A stretch of DNA of 32,000 nucleotides from assembly GCF_000195955.2 (NCBI RefSeq), contig NC_000962.3, positions 2,160,001 through 2,192,000 on the forward strand. The letters are read 5' to 3'. Numbering within the stretch: position 1 is the first letter of the stretch; each line of letters starts with the position of its first letter. The stretch comes from Mycobacterium tuberculosis H37Rv. GTDB lineage: Bacteria > Actinomycetota > Actinomycetes > Mycobacteriales > Mycobacteriaceae. Both the position numbers and the translations under genes were made by a program. Positions 17,087 to 27,159 of the stretch are shown here, piece after piece. The notes below the pieces were generated by a model that made no database searches, had not been told where the DNA came from, and was given only the letters and a program-made list of their open reading frames with translations.

Positions 17087-18949
17087 ATGAATGACGGCTC
17101 CCGGCAGGAACTCAGGGTTCGTAGCGGCCTACTACAAATCGAGGACTGCCTGGATGCTGACGGCGGCATCGCATTGCCGGCAGGCACCACGCTGATCTCG
17201 CTCATCGAGCGCAACATCAAGTATGTCGGCGACCTCGTGGCGTATCGCTACCTGGACCACGCCCGTTCGGCCGCCGGATGCGCCCTGGAAGTGACCTGGA
17301 CGCAATTCGGTATGCGATTAGCGGCCATAGGTGCACACGTGCAACGGTTCGCAGGCCCCGGCGACCGCGTTGCGATCCTCGCACCACAGGGCATCGACTA
17401 TGTTTGCGGGTTCTACGCTGCAATCAAGGCAGGCACCGTCGCGGTGCCGTTGTTCGCACCCGAACTGCCGGGTCACGCCGAGCGTCTTGATACGGCACTT
17501 CGCGATTCGGAGCCAGCGGTCATACTCACGACGGCGGCGGCGAAAAACGCCGTTGAAGGTTTTCTGAACAACGTTCCGCGCCTGCGAAAGCCGACAGTCC
17601 TCGTCATCGATCAAATACCCGACCGCGAGGGGGAGCTGTTCGTCCCGGTCGAGCTGGACATCGACGCCGTATCCCACCTGCAGTACACCTCGGGCTCGAC
17701 GCGACCCCCGGTCGGTGTCGAGATCACCCACCGCGCGGTCGGCACCAACCTGGTGCAAATGATCCTGTCGATCGACCTGCTCAACCGAAACACCCACGGC
17801 GTCAGTTGGTTACCGCTGTACCACGACATGGGCCTATCCATGATCGGCTTTCCGGCGGTCTATGGCGGACACTCCACCCTGATGTCGCCCACGGCGTTTG
17901 TCCGCAGGCCACTGCGATGGATCCAGGCGTTGTCCGAGGGGTCGCGGACCGGACGCGTGGTCACCGCGGCGCCAAACTTCGCCTACGAGTGGGCCGCACA
18001 GCGTGGACTACCCGCGCAAGGCGACGACGTCGACCTCAGCAATGTCGTGCTGATCATCGGTTCCGAACCAGTCAGCATCGATGCGGTGACCACGTTCAAC
18101 AAAGCGTTCGCGCCCTATGGTTTACCGCGTACAGCGTTCAAACCCTCGTACGGCATAGCCGAGGCGACCCTGCTCGTCGCGACCATCGACCATGCCGCTG
18201 AGCCGACGGTTGTTTATCTTGACCCAGAGCAGTTGGGCGCCGGACACGCGACGCGCGTCGCGCCGGATGCGCCCAACGCCGTCGTGCACGTGTCGTGTGG
18301 CCATGTGGCCCGCAGCCTGTGGGCCGTGATCGTCGACCCGGATACCGGCCCCGAGGCGGGCGCCGAACTGCCCGACGGTGAGATCGGTGAGGTTTGGTTA
18401 CAAGGCGACAACGTTGCTCGGGGGTATTGGGGACGGCCGGAAGAAACGCGGATGACGTTCGGTGCCCGCTTGCAATCACCGCTCGCCGAAGGCAGCCACG
18501 CCGACGGGTCCGCGATCGACGACACCTGGCTGCGCACCGGAGACCTCGGCGTGTACCTCGACGGTGAGCTCTACATCACCGGTCGAATCGCGGATCTGCT
18601 GACCATCGACGGCCGCAACCACTATCCGCAGGACATCGAGGCCACGGCCGCCGAGGCCTCGCCGATGGTGCGGCGCGGATACATAACCGCTTTCACGGTG
18701 CCGGCCAGCGACGGGGACGACCGCAATCAGCGACTGGTGATCATCGCCGAACGTGCGGCAGGCACCAGTCGCAGCGACCCGCGGCCGGCGCTCGACGCGA
18801 TTCGCGCAGCGGTTTGCAACCGCCACGGGTTATCCGTTGCGGACCTGAGTTTCCTGCCGGCCGGCGCCATTCCACGCACCACCAGCGGGAAGCTGGCTCG
18901 CCAGGCCTGCCGCGCCCAATACCTCAGCGGTCGCCTGGGCGTGCATTAG
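17087..18949 (+). CDS. fadD31: Fatty-acyl-AMP ligase / acyl-CoA synthetase, 620 aa
   Basis: AMP-binding motif region (LQYTSGSTRPPVGVEITHRAVGTNL), GDNVARGYWGRPEET, LRTGDLGVYLDGELYITGRIADLLTIDGRNHYPQDIE, TTSGKLAR. Confidence 0.95.
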   Translation: MNDGSRQELRVRSGLLQIEDCLDADGGIALPAGTTLISLIERNIKYVGDLVAYRYLDHARSAAGCALEVTWTQFGMRLAAIGAHVQRFAGPGDRVAILAPQGIDYVCGFYAAIKAGTVAVPLFAPELPGHAERLDTALRDSEPAVILTTAAAKNAVEGFLNNVPRLRKPTVLVIDQIPDREGELFVPVELDIDAVSHLQYTSGSTRPPVGVEITHRAVGTNLVQMILSIDLLNRNTHGVSWLPLYHDMGLSMIGFPAVYGGHSTLMSPTAFVRRPLRWIQALSEGSRTGRVVTAAPNFAYEWAAQRGLPAQGDDVDLSNVVLIIGSEPVSIDAVTTFNKAFAPYGLPRTAFKPSYGIAEATLLVATIDHAAEPTVVYLDPEQLGAGHATRVAPDAPNAVVHVSCGHVARSLWAVIVDPDTGPEAGAELPDGEIGEVWLQGDNVARGYWGRPEETRMTFGARLQSPLAEGSHADGSAIDDTWLRTGDLGVYLDGELYITGRIADLLTIDGRNHYPQDIEATAAEASPMVRRGYITAFTVPASDGDDRNQRLVIIAERAAGTSRSDPRPALDAIRAAVCNRHGLSVADLSFLPAGAIPRTTSGKLARQACRAQYLSGRLGVH

Positions 18950-18956
18950 CTACGAT

Positions 18957-19436
18957 CTACGGCTCCCAAATCAGCAGATCCTCCATGCCGTTGTTCATCG
19001 CGACGATGGTTGGCGATGGGCCGGTGACATCGAAGTAGATTTTGCCGGTCGATTGTTCGCCTTGGGGGATAGTGGCTCCGCTAATGGTGTCGGGGCCCGC
19101 GGCTTGCCACAGCACCCGGTAGTTGATGCCGTCGGCGGTGCGGGCATTGAACTGCGAGACCGCGGGCGTGACGCTGCCGCGAATCGCATTGACCGTGGCA
19201 GTGGCCTCCCAGACCTGGCCGGCCACCGGATAGCCGGGGATGACTGCCGTGCTGGATTTGAGATCACTGACCTTCCAGCCGAGCACGACTTGGCCAACGG
19301 TGTCGGTCATCGTTAGCTCACTGCCAAGTTTTCCGGTGATGGGATAGGCAGCCAACGCGACCGGTGCCGCAAAGGTCGCGATGGCCGCCATGGCCACGAC
19401 CGCTACTGCCGTCTTGATCATTGTGGTGAGCTTCAT
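18957..19436 (-). CDS. mpt63: Secreted immunogenic protein MPT63, 159 aa
   Basis: Signal peptide MKLTTMIKTAVAVVAMAAIATFAAPVALA, then AYPITGKLGSELTMTDTVGQVVLGWKVSDLKSSTAVIPGYPVAGQVWEATATV. Confidence 0.97.
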   Translation of the reverse strand: MKLTTMIKTAVAVVAMAAIATFAAPVALAAYPITGKLGSELTMTDTVGQVVLGWKVSDLKSSTAVIPGYPVAGQVWEATATVNAIRGSVTPAVSQFNARTADGINYRVLWQAAGPDTISGATIPQGEQSTGKIYFDVTGPSPTIVAMNNGMEDLLIWEP

Positions 19437-19669
19437 TGGTCCCTACCTCCACTACTTGTTGGGGCGATTACCTGGTTCGAACCTCGCCGACGTCATTACC
19501 TTAAGCCGCAAATGACCCGCTGCTAACTCCAGATTCGATAGGAACCGTGGGGCAGACGATGCCGTTCACATCCGTAGCCGGCGCACCGACGACGGGCGTG
19601 GCCATGAATGCTTGATGGCCGAGTCGTAGGCGACCAGCGCAAGGGAGCCAAACCGCATGTCAGGATGGT

Positions 19670-20446
19670 GTGGTGACCGCCATACCCGGCCCGTCGGGCG
19701 CCGAACCCGGTGAGAGCCGCGCGCTCGCGGGTTACCCGGTGACGCCGCCGGCGCTGCCCCGCCCGGTGATCTTCGACCAGCGCTGGACTGACCTGACCTT
19801 CATCCACTGGCCGGTGCTGCCGGAGAGCGTGGCAGGCAGCTACCCGCCCGGGACTCGCCCCGATGTCTTCGCCGATGGGATGACTTACGTGGGTCTGGTC
19901 CCGTTTCGCATGAGCAGCACCAAACTCGGCACCGCACTGCCGATCCCGTATGTCGGCACCTTCCCGGAGACCAATGTCCGGTTGTACTCCATTGATAACG
20001 CCGGCCGGCACGGGGTGCTTTTCCGGTCGCTGGAAACAGCTCGACTGACTGTCGTACCGCTCACGCGGATAGGACTCGGCATCCCGTACGCCTGGTCGAG
20101 GATGCGGATGATGCGCTCTGGTAAGCACATTACGTATCACAGTGTCCGCCGCTGGCCACGGCGCGGACTGCGCAGCCTATTGACGATCACCATCGGTGAC
20201 CTGGTTGAGCCGACGCCGCTGGAAGTCTGGCTTACCGCACGGTGGGGTGCGCATACCCGCAAGGCTGGCCGGACTTGGTGGGTGCCGAACGAGCATAAGC
20301 CGTGGCCGTTGCGGGCCGCGGAGATCGCCGAGTTGAACGACGAGTTGATCGACGCAAGTGGCGTGCAACCCACTGGCGATCGGTTGCGCGCCCTGTTTTC
20401 ACCGGGTGTGCATGCCCGATTCGGCCGTCCGTGTGTCGTTCAGTGA
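19670..20446 (+). CDS. DUF2071 (YqjF-like) conserved protein, about 257 aa (Rv1927-like)
   Basis: FDQRWTDLTFIHWPVLPESVAG...GMTYVGLVPFRMSS...PYVGTFPETNVRLYSID. Start is GTG at 19670 or 19673. Confidence 0.85.
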   Translation: MVTAIPGPSGAEPGESRALAGYPVTPPALPRPVIFDQRWTDLTFIHWPVLPESVAGSYPPGTRPDVFADGMTYVGLVPFRMSSTKLGTALPIPYVGTFPETNVRLYSIDNAGRHGVLFRSLETARLTVVPLTRIGLGIPYAWSRMRMMRSGKHITYHSVRRWPRRGLRSLLTITIGDLVEPTPLEVWLTARWGAHTRKAGRTWWVPNEHKPWPLRAAEIAELNDELIDASGVQPTGDRLRALFSPGVHARFGRPCVVQ

Positions 20447-20449
20447 CGT

Positions 20450-21217
20450 TTAGGGGCAGGTGTATCCACCATCAATCACGATGTCGGAACCGGTCATATA
20501 GCTGGAAGCCTCGCTAGCCAGATACAGGTAGAGGCCAGCGAGTTCTTCGGGCCGGCCCAACCGGCCCAACGGAATCTTGGGCTCCCATAGCGGCTGGTAT
20601 TCCGTGTACGGTTCGACGAGCTCGGTCAGGATATAGCCCGGACTGACACTGTTCACCCGGATTTTATGCGGCGCCAACTCCACGGCCATGGCTTTGGTTA
20701 GATGAATGACCGCCGCCTTGGAGGCGCAGTAGTGGGAAACCTGCTGCGGGACGTTGATGATGTGGCCTGACATGGAAGCAGTGTTGATGATGACCCCGCC
20801 TTGGCCTTGTTTGACCATCGCCTTGGCAGCGGCCTGCGCGGTAAGGAAGACGCCTGTCACATTGGTGTTTTGGAGGCGCTGGAACTCTTCCAGCGGCATG
20901 TCCAGCATCGGAGTGACCGTGATGATGCCGGCGTTGCAGACCGCGATGTCGATCCCACCCAGCTCCGCGGTCACCTGATCCAACATGCTGGTCACCTGCT
21001 GGTGCTGGCTCACATCGCAGCAGACGGGCACGACCTTGCCACCTGATGTGCCAATCTCATCCGCCAACTTCTCTAAGGCATCCAAATGCCGTGCGGCGAT
21101 CGCCACTTGAGCCCCGGCTTCGACGTATGCCAGGGCAACTCTCTTGCCGATGCCGGTGGATGCCCCGGTTATCAGCGCCCTCTTGCCGTGCAAGTCGAAC
21201 AGGTCCAACACGCTCAT
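20450..21217 (-). CDS. Short-chain dehydrogenase/reductase, 255 aa (Rv1928c-like)
   Basis: Classical SDR: ALITGASTGIGKRVALAYVEAG, NAGI, and YCASKAAVIHLTKAMAVEL (YxxxK). Confidence 0.92.
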   Translation of the reverse strand: MSVLDLFDLHGKRALITGASTGIGKRVALAYVEAGAQVAIAARHLDALEKLADEIGTSGGKVVPVCCDVSQHQQVTSMLDQVTAELGGIDIAVCNAGIITVTPMLDMPLEEFQRLQNTNVTGVFLTAQAAAKAMVKQGQGGVIINTASMSGHIINVPQQVSHYCASKAAVIHLTKAMAVELAPHKIRVNSVSPGYILTELVEPYTEYQPLWEPKIPLGRLGRPEELAGLYLYLASEASSYMTGSDIVIDGGYTCP

Positions 21218-21261
21218 TCGTGATCCCCTTTCGCGCGACGCAGGGCCGATACCTGATGGAA

Positions 21262-21906
21262 TCACATGCCGAAATGCGTTCGATGAACTGCCGCAATGGC
21301 TTCCAGTGGTCCGCTCACTTCGACCCGCGCTACGGCTCGGCGTCCAAAGACGTACAGCAGCAACTCGCCGGGCGGTCCGGTCAGGCGAGCCGTCGGCTCG
21401 CCTGACCGGACCCTCACCCGCTTACCGGTTCCAACCCACTCGATCTCAAGCCCGCAACCGTGCAGCCGCCGACTCAGGAAGTGGCTGCCGCGCCGAACAT
21501 TTCGCCATAGGGCAGCATCCATTTCGGGCGTGAGGCTTCGGGGCCCTCGTCCGCTGGCGCGGCGAACGTCCTCGTGATGGACAAAGAATTCGTTGAGGTT
21601 CGCCAAGGTACGAACCCATCCGATGCGGAAGAACCCCATCGGTGGACCGGACCGAATCCGAGCGACGAGCCACGTGAAGTCTTTACTCTGAGCCAATCTC
21701 GCTCTACGGCGTTCGGCAAACCGCTGGAAGGGACCCGGTAGAACGATGCAAAGGCCAGCAACGAGATCGCGTTCACGCAGCACGATGTGAGCGGCCAGGT
21801 CGTGAGCAGTCCAGCCCTCGATCAGTGTAGCAACCGCAGGACCGAGCTCCTCAAGGAGATCACAGAGCTCCAAGCGTTCTTGCGCGTCCAACGGGACATC
21901 AGCCAC
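21262..21906 (-). CDS. DinB/maleylpyruvate-isomerase-like (TIGR03085-type) conserved protein, 214 aa (Rv1929c-like)
   Basis: GTG start (VADVPLDAQERLELCDLLEELGPAVATLIEGWTAHDLAAHIVLRERD..., NEFFVHHEDVRRASG). The rest of the 432-aa ORF upstream has no recognisable coding content. Confidence 0.83.
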   Translation of the reverse strand: MADVPLDAQERLELCDLLEELGPAVATLIEGWTAHDLAAHIVLRERDLVAGLCIVLPGPFQRFAERRRARLAQSKDFTWLVARIRSGPPMGFFRIGWVRTLANLNEFFVHHEDVRRASGRGPRSLTPEMDAALWRNVRRGSHFLSRRLHGCGLEIEWVGTGKRVRVRSGEPTARLTGPPGELLLYVFGRRAVARVEVSGPLEAIAAVHRTHFGM

Positions 21907-21917
21907 GCCGCGGGAGT

Positions 21918-22442
21918 CTACGGGCGACGTGCCTGCGCGCCAACGGGCTGCCGCTTGCGCCGTCGCGACTGCACAGCAGCCAGCGCCCGCTCCCAGGCGA
22001 GCAGCGTTGCGGCCGTCAGATTGGCCGGTTTGGCGCTGTCCTTGGACAGCAGCGCGGTCGCGGCGGCTTTGGTGGTCGGCGACGCCTTCGACATGTGACC
22101 GGAGTCGAACGGCGGCTGCGGGTCGTACTCGATCGCCAGCTGAATCGCCTTGGCCCGGGCCTCCCCGCCCAGCTGTCCGGCCAGCCAGAGGGCGAGATCG
22201 AGCCCGGCGGACACGCCCGCGCTCGTGACAATGTTGTCCTGGTGCACAATCCGCTCGTCGGCGACCGGGATAGCGCCGAATGCCTTGAGCGCGGGAAGCG
22301 TCAGCCAATGCGAGGTCGCGCGCCGGCCCCGGAGCCACACGAACCGCACCTGGGCGTGCGGCAGGTTTCGCAGCACCTCGTACGGGCCGACCACGTCCAG
22401 CGCGGTAACGCCGGGGTAGGCCACGAATGCGATTTGCGTCAT
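21918..22442 (-). CDS. DJ-1/PfpI (ThiJ/GlxA-like GATase-1 fold) protein, 174 aa (Rv1930c-like)
   Basis: MTQIAFVAYPGVTALDVVGPYEVLRNLPHAQVRFVW...VTSAGVSAGLDLALWLAGQLGGEARAKAIQLAIEYDPQPPFDSG. Confidence 0.88.
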   Translation of the reverse strand: MTQIAFVAYPGVTALDVVGPYEVLRNLPHAQVRFVWLRGRRATSHWLTLPALKAFGAIPVADERIVHQDNIVTSAGVSAGLDLALWLAGQLGGEARAKAIQLAIEYDPQPPFDSGHMSKASPTTKAAATALLSKDSAKPANLTAATLLAWERALAAVQSRRRKRQPVGAQARRP

Positions 22443-22459
22443 CGGTGTTCTCCCTAGTG

Positions 22460-23239
22460 TCAGGCGAAGGCTTTGCGGTATTGGTCGGGTGATATCCCGA
22501 CGCGGCGAATGAAGCTGCGGCGCATGGTTTCCGCGGTCCCGAAGCCGCATCGGGCGGCAATTGCCACCACGGTGTCGTGGGTCTCCTCCAACTGGCGGCG
22601 CGCAGCCTCGGTGCGGATGCGTTCGACGTACCGGCCGGGCGCCTCGCCGACCTCGTCGCTGAACACCCGAGTGAAATGACGCGGGCTCATGGCCGCACGT
22701 TGAGCCAGTTCGCCGATGCGGTGCGCGCCCCCGGCTCGGCCTCGATGGCCTCCTGCACCCGGCGGATCGAGGTCCGTTTGGCGCGTGGCATCCACACCGG
22801 AGCCGCGAACTGGGTCTGCCCACCGGGTCGGCGCAGATACAGGACGAGCCAGCGGGCAACCGTCTGGGCAATCTCGGTGCCGTGGTCGTCTTCGACCAGT
22901 GCCAGCGCGAGGTCGATGCCGGCGGTGACTCCAGCCGCGGTCCACACCTTCTGCGAACTGCGCATGAAGATCGGGTCGGCATCGACCCGAACGGCCGGAA
23001 ATTCGCGGGCGAAATGTTCGGCAAAGGCCCAGTGCGTCGTCGCTCGGTGTCCGTCCCAACAACCCCGCTTCGGCCGCAAGAAACGCGCCCGTGCACACGG
23101 TGACGACGCGGCGGGCGGTGCCGGAGACGGCTTTGACCCAGTCGATGAGGGCCGGTTCGGACCGTGCGGCATCGACTCCGGCGCCACCGGGCAGGATCAC
23201 GGTGTCGACGGGGTCGCCGGGGAATCCCACGATAACCAC
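22460..23239 (-). CDS. AraC-family transcriptional regulator with a disrupted GlxA-like GATase-1 domain, 259 aa as an uninterrupted ORF (Rv1931c-like)
   Basis: C-terminal HTH intact (IGELAQRAAMSPRHFTRVFSDEVGEAPGRYVERIRTEAARRQLEETHDTVVAIAARCGFGTAETMRRSFIRRVGISPDQYRKAF). N-terminal VDTVILPGGAGVDAARSEPALIDWVKA...VVTVCTGAFLAAEAGLL is conserved-looking. The middle segment is out of frame (see findings). Confidence 0.8.
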   Translation of the reverse strand: MVIVGFPGDPVDTVILPGGAGVDAARSEPALIDWVKAVSGTARRVVTVCTGAFLAAEAGLLGRTPSDDALGLCRTFRPRISGRSGRCRPDLHAQFAEGVDRGWSHRRHRPRAGTGRRRPRHRDCPDGCPLARPVSAPTRWADPVRGSGVDATRQTDLDPPGAGGHRGRAGGAHRIGELAQRAAMSPRHFTRVFSDEVGEAPGRYVERIRTEAARRQLEETHDTVVAIAARCGFGTAETMRRSFIRRVGISPDQYRKAFA

Positions 23240-23371
23240 TCTTCGCGCCATGAATGCCAGTGTTGGCCAGGCGCTGGCCTGGCGTCCACGCCACACACCG
23301 CACAGATTAGGACACGCCGGCGGCGCAGCCCTGCCCGAAAGACCGTGCACCGGTCTTGGCAGACTGTGCCC

Positions 23372-23865
<494 letters not shown>

Positions 23866-23869
<4 letters not shown>

Positions 23870-24957
23870 GCTTTCACAAGCCCCGCGCGTTCGGCGAGCA
23901 GCGCACGATTTCGAGCGCTGCTCCCGAAAAGCGCCTCGGTGGTCTTGGCCCGGCGGTAATACAGGTGCAGGTCGTGCTCCCACGTGAAGGCGATGGCACC
24001 GTGGATCTGAAGAGCGGAGCCGGCGCATAACACAAAGGTTTCCGCGGTCTGCGCCTTCGCCAGCGGCGCGACCGTCTGGAGTTCGTCACCGTTGGCCGCG
24101 CTCATCGCGGCGAACATCACCGTCGCCCGGGTGGCGTCGATCTCGATCATCATGTCGGCGCAGGCGTGCTTGACCGCCTGGAAGGAACCGATCGGTCGAT
24201 CGAATTGCGTTCGCCGCCCGGCGTATTGCACCGCCAGGTCGAGGCAGGCCTCGGCGCCGCCCAGCATCTCGGCGGCCAACAGCACCCGGGCCACGTCGAG
24301 CACCCGCTCCATATCGTCGGGCGTCCCGGCGGTCAGCGGCTCGGCGGGGGACCCCGCCAGCCGGAGCGTGGCGACCGGACGGGTGATGTCAAACGAGGGC
24401 AACGGTGTGACGGTCACCCCGGGGGCGTCGGCGGCCACGACGTGCAGAACGATCGACCCGTCGGCCACCGCGGGCACCACGAACAGGTCTGCGACGTGAC
24501 CGTGCAGCACCGGGGTGCACTCGCCGGTGAGTGCGGGCCGACCGTCGCGCCGAACGGCCCGAACGGTGGTAGCCGACGCGACGTCGTGGCCACTGACGGC
24601 GATCGTTCCGATCCGCGCGCCGGTAAGCAGACCGGCGAGCAGGCGCTTGCGCTGCTCGTCGTCGCCCATGCGCAGAATCGCTTCGATCGCAAACACCGTG
24701 GCCGCAAAGGGAATTGGGGTGAGCGCCCGGCCGAGTTCGGCAAACGCGATCGCGGTCTCGACTAAGGTGGCACCCAATCCGCCGTGCTCCGGCGGGACGT
24801 GCAGCGCGGGTAATTCGAGCTCGGTGCAAAGCCGTTGCCACAGCCTGCGGTCGGATCCGTCCGCGGCAGCCATCTCCCGCACGGGCGCGCCCCGGCCAAG
24901 GAAGCCGCGCAGCGAGGCGCGGAAATCGTCTTGTTCGGTGCTGTATCGGAAGTCCAC
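23866..24957 (-). CDS. fadE18: Acyl-CoA dehydrogenase, 363 aa
   Basis: MDFRYSTEQDDFRASLRGFLG...HVPPEHGGLGATLVETAIAFAELGRALTPIPF...QYAGRRTQFDRPIGSFQAVKHACADMMIEID. GTG start at 24957. Confidence 0.93.
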
Positions 24958-24958
24958 G

Positions 24959-26188
24959 TCAGCAGAGCACTTCGGGCCGCGGCTCCTTGGGGAGGCCGAG
25001 CAGCCGCTCGCCGATCACGTTGCGCTGGATCTGCGAGCTGCCGGCATAGATCGTCGCGGCCCGTGCGTAGAGCAGCTCATCCATCCAGCAGGCCGGGGAG
25101 TTTGGCGTACCCGCCTCCGGGACCAGCCGCGCACCGCCGTTGCCGGGCCCCCGCGGGCCCAGCGCCTCGAGCCCCAGGATTTCGACGGCGAGATCGGTGT
25201 ACCGGCGGAAATATTCGCTCCAGATGACCTTCGTGATCGCGGCTTCCGCGCCGGGCGGCCGTCCGGTCAGGGCCAGGGTGAGGTCACGGTAGCCCCGATA
25301 CCGCATGATCTGAACCCGGGCATAGCACCACGCCAAGCCGTCTCGTACCCGTGGATCGGTGTGTAATCCGCGGTCACGGGCCAGCTCGCACAGCCGCTGC
25401 AGGTCCCGCTCAAAATCGATGGCGGCGGTGGCGATGTGCGATCCGCGTTCGAAGCCGAGCAGCGTCATGGCGGTCGACCAGCCGTCGCCGACCCGGCCGA
25501 CGACATTGCCGGCGCTGGTGCGGGCATCGGTCAGGAAGACCTCGCTGAACGAGGAGTGCCCGGCCGCGTTGACGATCGGCCGGACCACGACGCCGGGCTG
25601 GTCCATGGGCACCAGCAGAAACGACAGGCCCCGGTGTTTCGCAGCGCTGGGATCGGTCCGCGCCAGCAGGAAGATCCAGTTTGCGGTGGTGCCGGCCGAC
25701 GTCCAGATTTTGTGGCCGTTGATCACCCATTCGTCACCGTCGAGCACCCCCCTGGTGCGCACCGAGGCCAGGTCGGAGCCGGCCTCCGGCTCGGAGAAGC
25801 CCTGGCACCACCGATGCTCGCCGCTGAGGATGCGCGGCAGGAAATGCCGCTTCTGCGCCTCGGAACCCAGGGCGATCAGGGTGTTGCCCAGCAGGTCGAT
25901 TCCGAGCAGGTCGTTTTCCGCGCGTTCGGGCGCGCCGGCGCGGGCGAATTCCTCGGCGAGCACCACTTGTTCCATCGGGGACAGGCCACCACCCCCGTAT
26001 TCCGTCGGCCAGGACACCGCGACCAGGCCAGCGCCGGCCAGGGCCCGCCGCCAGTGCCGGGCGAACTCTTCCCGCTCGTGGGGCGGCAGCGCCCCGGGTC
26101 CGGGCCACCCGGGCGGCAGGTGCTCGGCCACAAACTCCCGGATCCGGTCGCGGAACGCTTCCGCTTCGGGTGGGTAGCTGACGTCCAC
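24959..26188 (-). CDS. fadE17: Acyl-CoA dehydrogenase, 409 aa
   Basis: [30 protein letters not shown]...[21 protein letters not shown]...[19 protein letters not shown] start; stop is just upstream of the fadE18 start. Confidence 0.93.
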
Positions 26189-26202
26189 TGCGCGCCCCGG
26201 CC

Positions 26203-27159
26203 TCAGGGCCGCTGCTTGATCGCGGGCCGGATCTGCGGTGCGGCGCGCCAGTCCTCCAGGCCGTACTCGACCGTTCCGTAGGACAGCTTGCCGCCGGTGA
26301 CTTCGCCCCAGTGCGCGTGATTGAGCTGGTGGATCTTGAAGCAACCGTCCAGCGCGGCGGAAAACCCCATGGCATCGACGGTTTGGTTCACCGATTCCTT
26401 GATCAGCAGTGCCGCCATCGTCGGCACCTTCGCGATCCGACGCGCGAATTCGATTGTGCTGGTCGCGAGTTCGTCAGCGGGAAACACCTTGCTGACCATC
26501 CCCAGCGCGTGGGCCTCGTCGGCGCCTATGCAGTCGCCGGTGAGCAGCAGTTCCTTGGTCTTGCGCGGCCCGAACTCCCACGGATGTCCGAAGTACTCGA
26601 CCCCGCACATGCCCAGCCGGGTGCCGACCACATCGGCGAACACGGTGTCCTCGCTGGCGACGATCAGATCGCAGCACCAGGCCAGCATCAACCCCGCCGA
26701 CAGCACGGCCCCGTGCACCTGGGCGATGGTGATCTTGCGCAGGTTGCGCCACCGCTTGGTGTTTTCGAAGTAGTAGTGCCACTCCTGGCGGTTGCGTGAC
26801 TCGACCCCGCCGAAGGTCGCCCCGTTGCACCGGTAGCTGGGGTGCTGGTCCGGCCCGGGCGAGCGTTCCCGGATATCGTCAGCGGATCCGAGGTCGTGAC
26901 CGGCGGAGAAGGCGGGGCCGGCGGCCCGCAGGATCACCACCCGGACGGTGTCGTCCGCCTCGGCAAGTTCGAAGGCGGCGCCCAGCTCGACCAGCATGCC
27001 GCGGGTCTGGGCGTTGCGTTGTTTCGGGCGGTCCAGGGTGATCGCGGCGATGCGCCCATCGTCGATGGTTTCGTAGCGGATGTATTCGAACTCCCGGGGC
27101 CGTCGGGAGCGTTCCCCGTCCGACCGGCGATCGACCGGACCGACCCTGCCGACGAACAT
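26203..27159 (-). CDS. echA13: Enoyl-CoA hydratase/isomerase family protein, 318 aa
   Basis: [28 protein letters not shown]...[15 protein letters not shown]...[31 protein letters not shown]. Confidence 0.93.
   Translation of the reverse strand: MFVGRVGPVDRRSDGERSRRPREFEYIRYETIDDGRIAAITLDRPKQRNAQTRGMLVELGAAFELAEADDTVRVVILRAAGPAFSAGHDLGSADDIRERSPGPDQHPSYRCNGATFGGVESRNRQEWHYYFENTKRWRNLRKITIAQVHGAVLSAGLMLAWCCDLIVASEDTVFADVVGTRLGMCGVEYFGHPWEFGPRKTKELLLTGDCIGADEAHALGMVSKVFPADELATSTIEFARRIAKVPTMAALLIKESVNQTVDAMGFSAALDGCFKIHQLNHAHWGEVTGGKLSYGTVEYGLEDWRAAPQIRPAIKQRP

Noticed and set aside
21474-22560. Long minus-strand ORF (432 aa, 21262-22560) upstream of the Rv1929c-like start
   Set aside because: Only the last ~214 residues look like real protein. 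The upstream part is low-complexity Arg/Pro/Ala translation overlapping the Rv1930c-like gene, a common artefact in high-GC DNA.
22577-23371. N-terminal extension of the tpx ORF (430 aa ORF)
   Set aside because: The extension lacks conserved content and is antisense to the AraC-like gene. Tpx starts at MAQITLRG (23372).
25359-26281. Plus-strand ORFs of 272 and 281 aa opposite fadE17
   Set aside because: No recognisable family features; antisense to a strongly supported acyl-CoA dehydrogenase.
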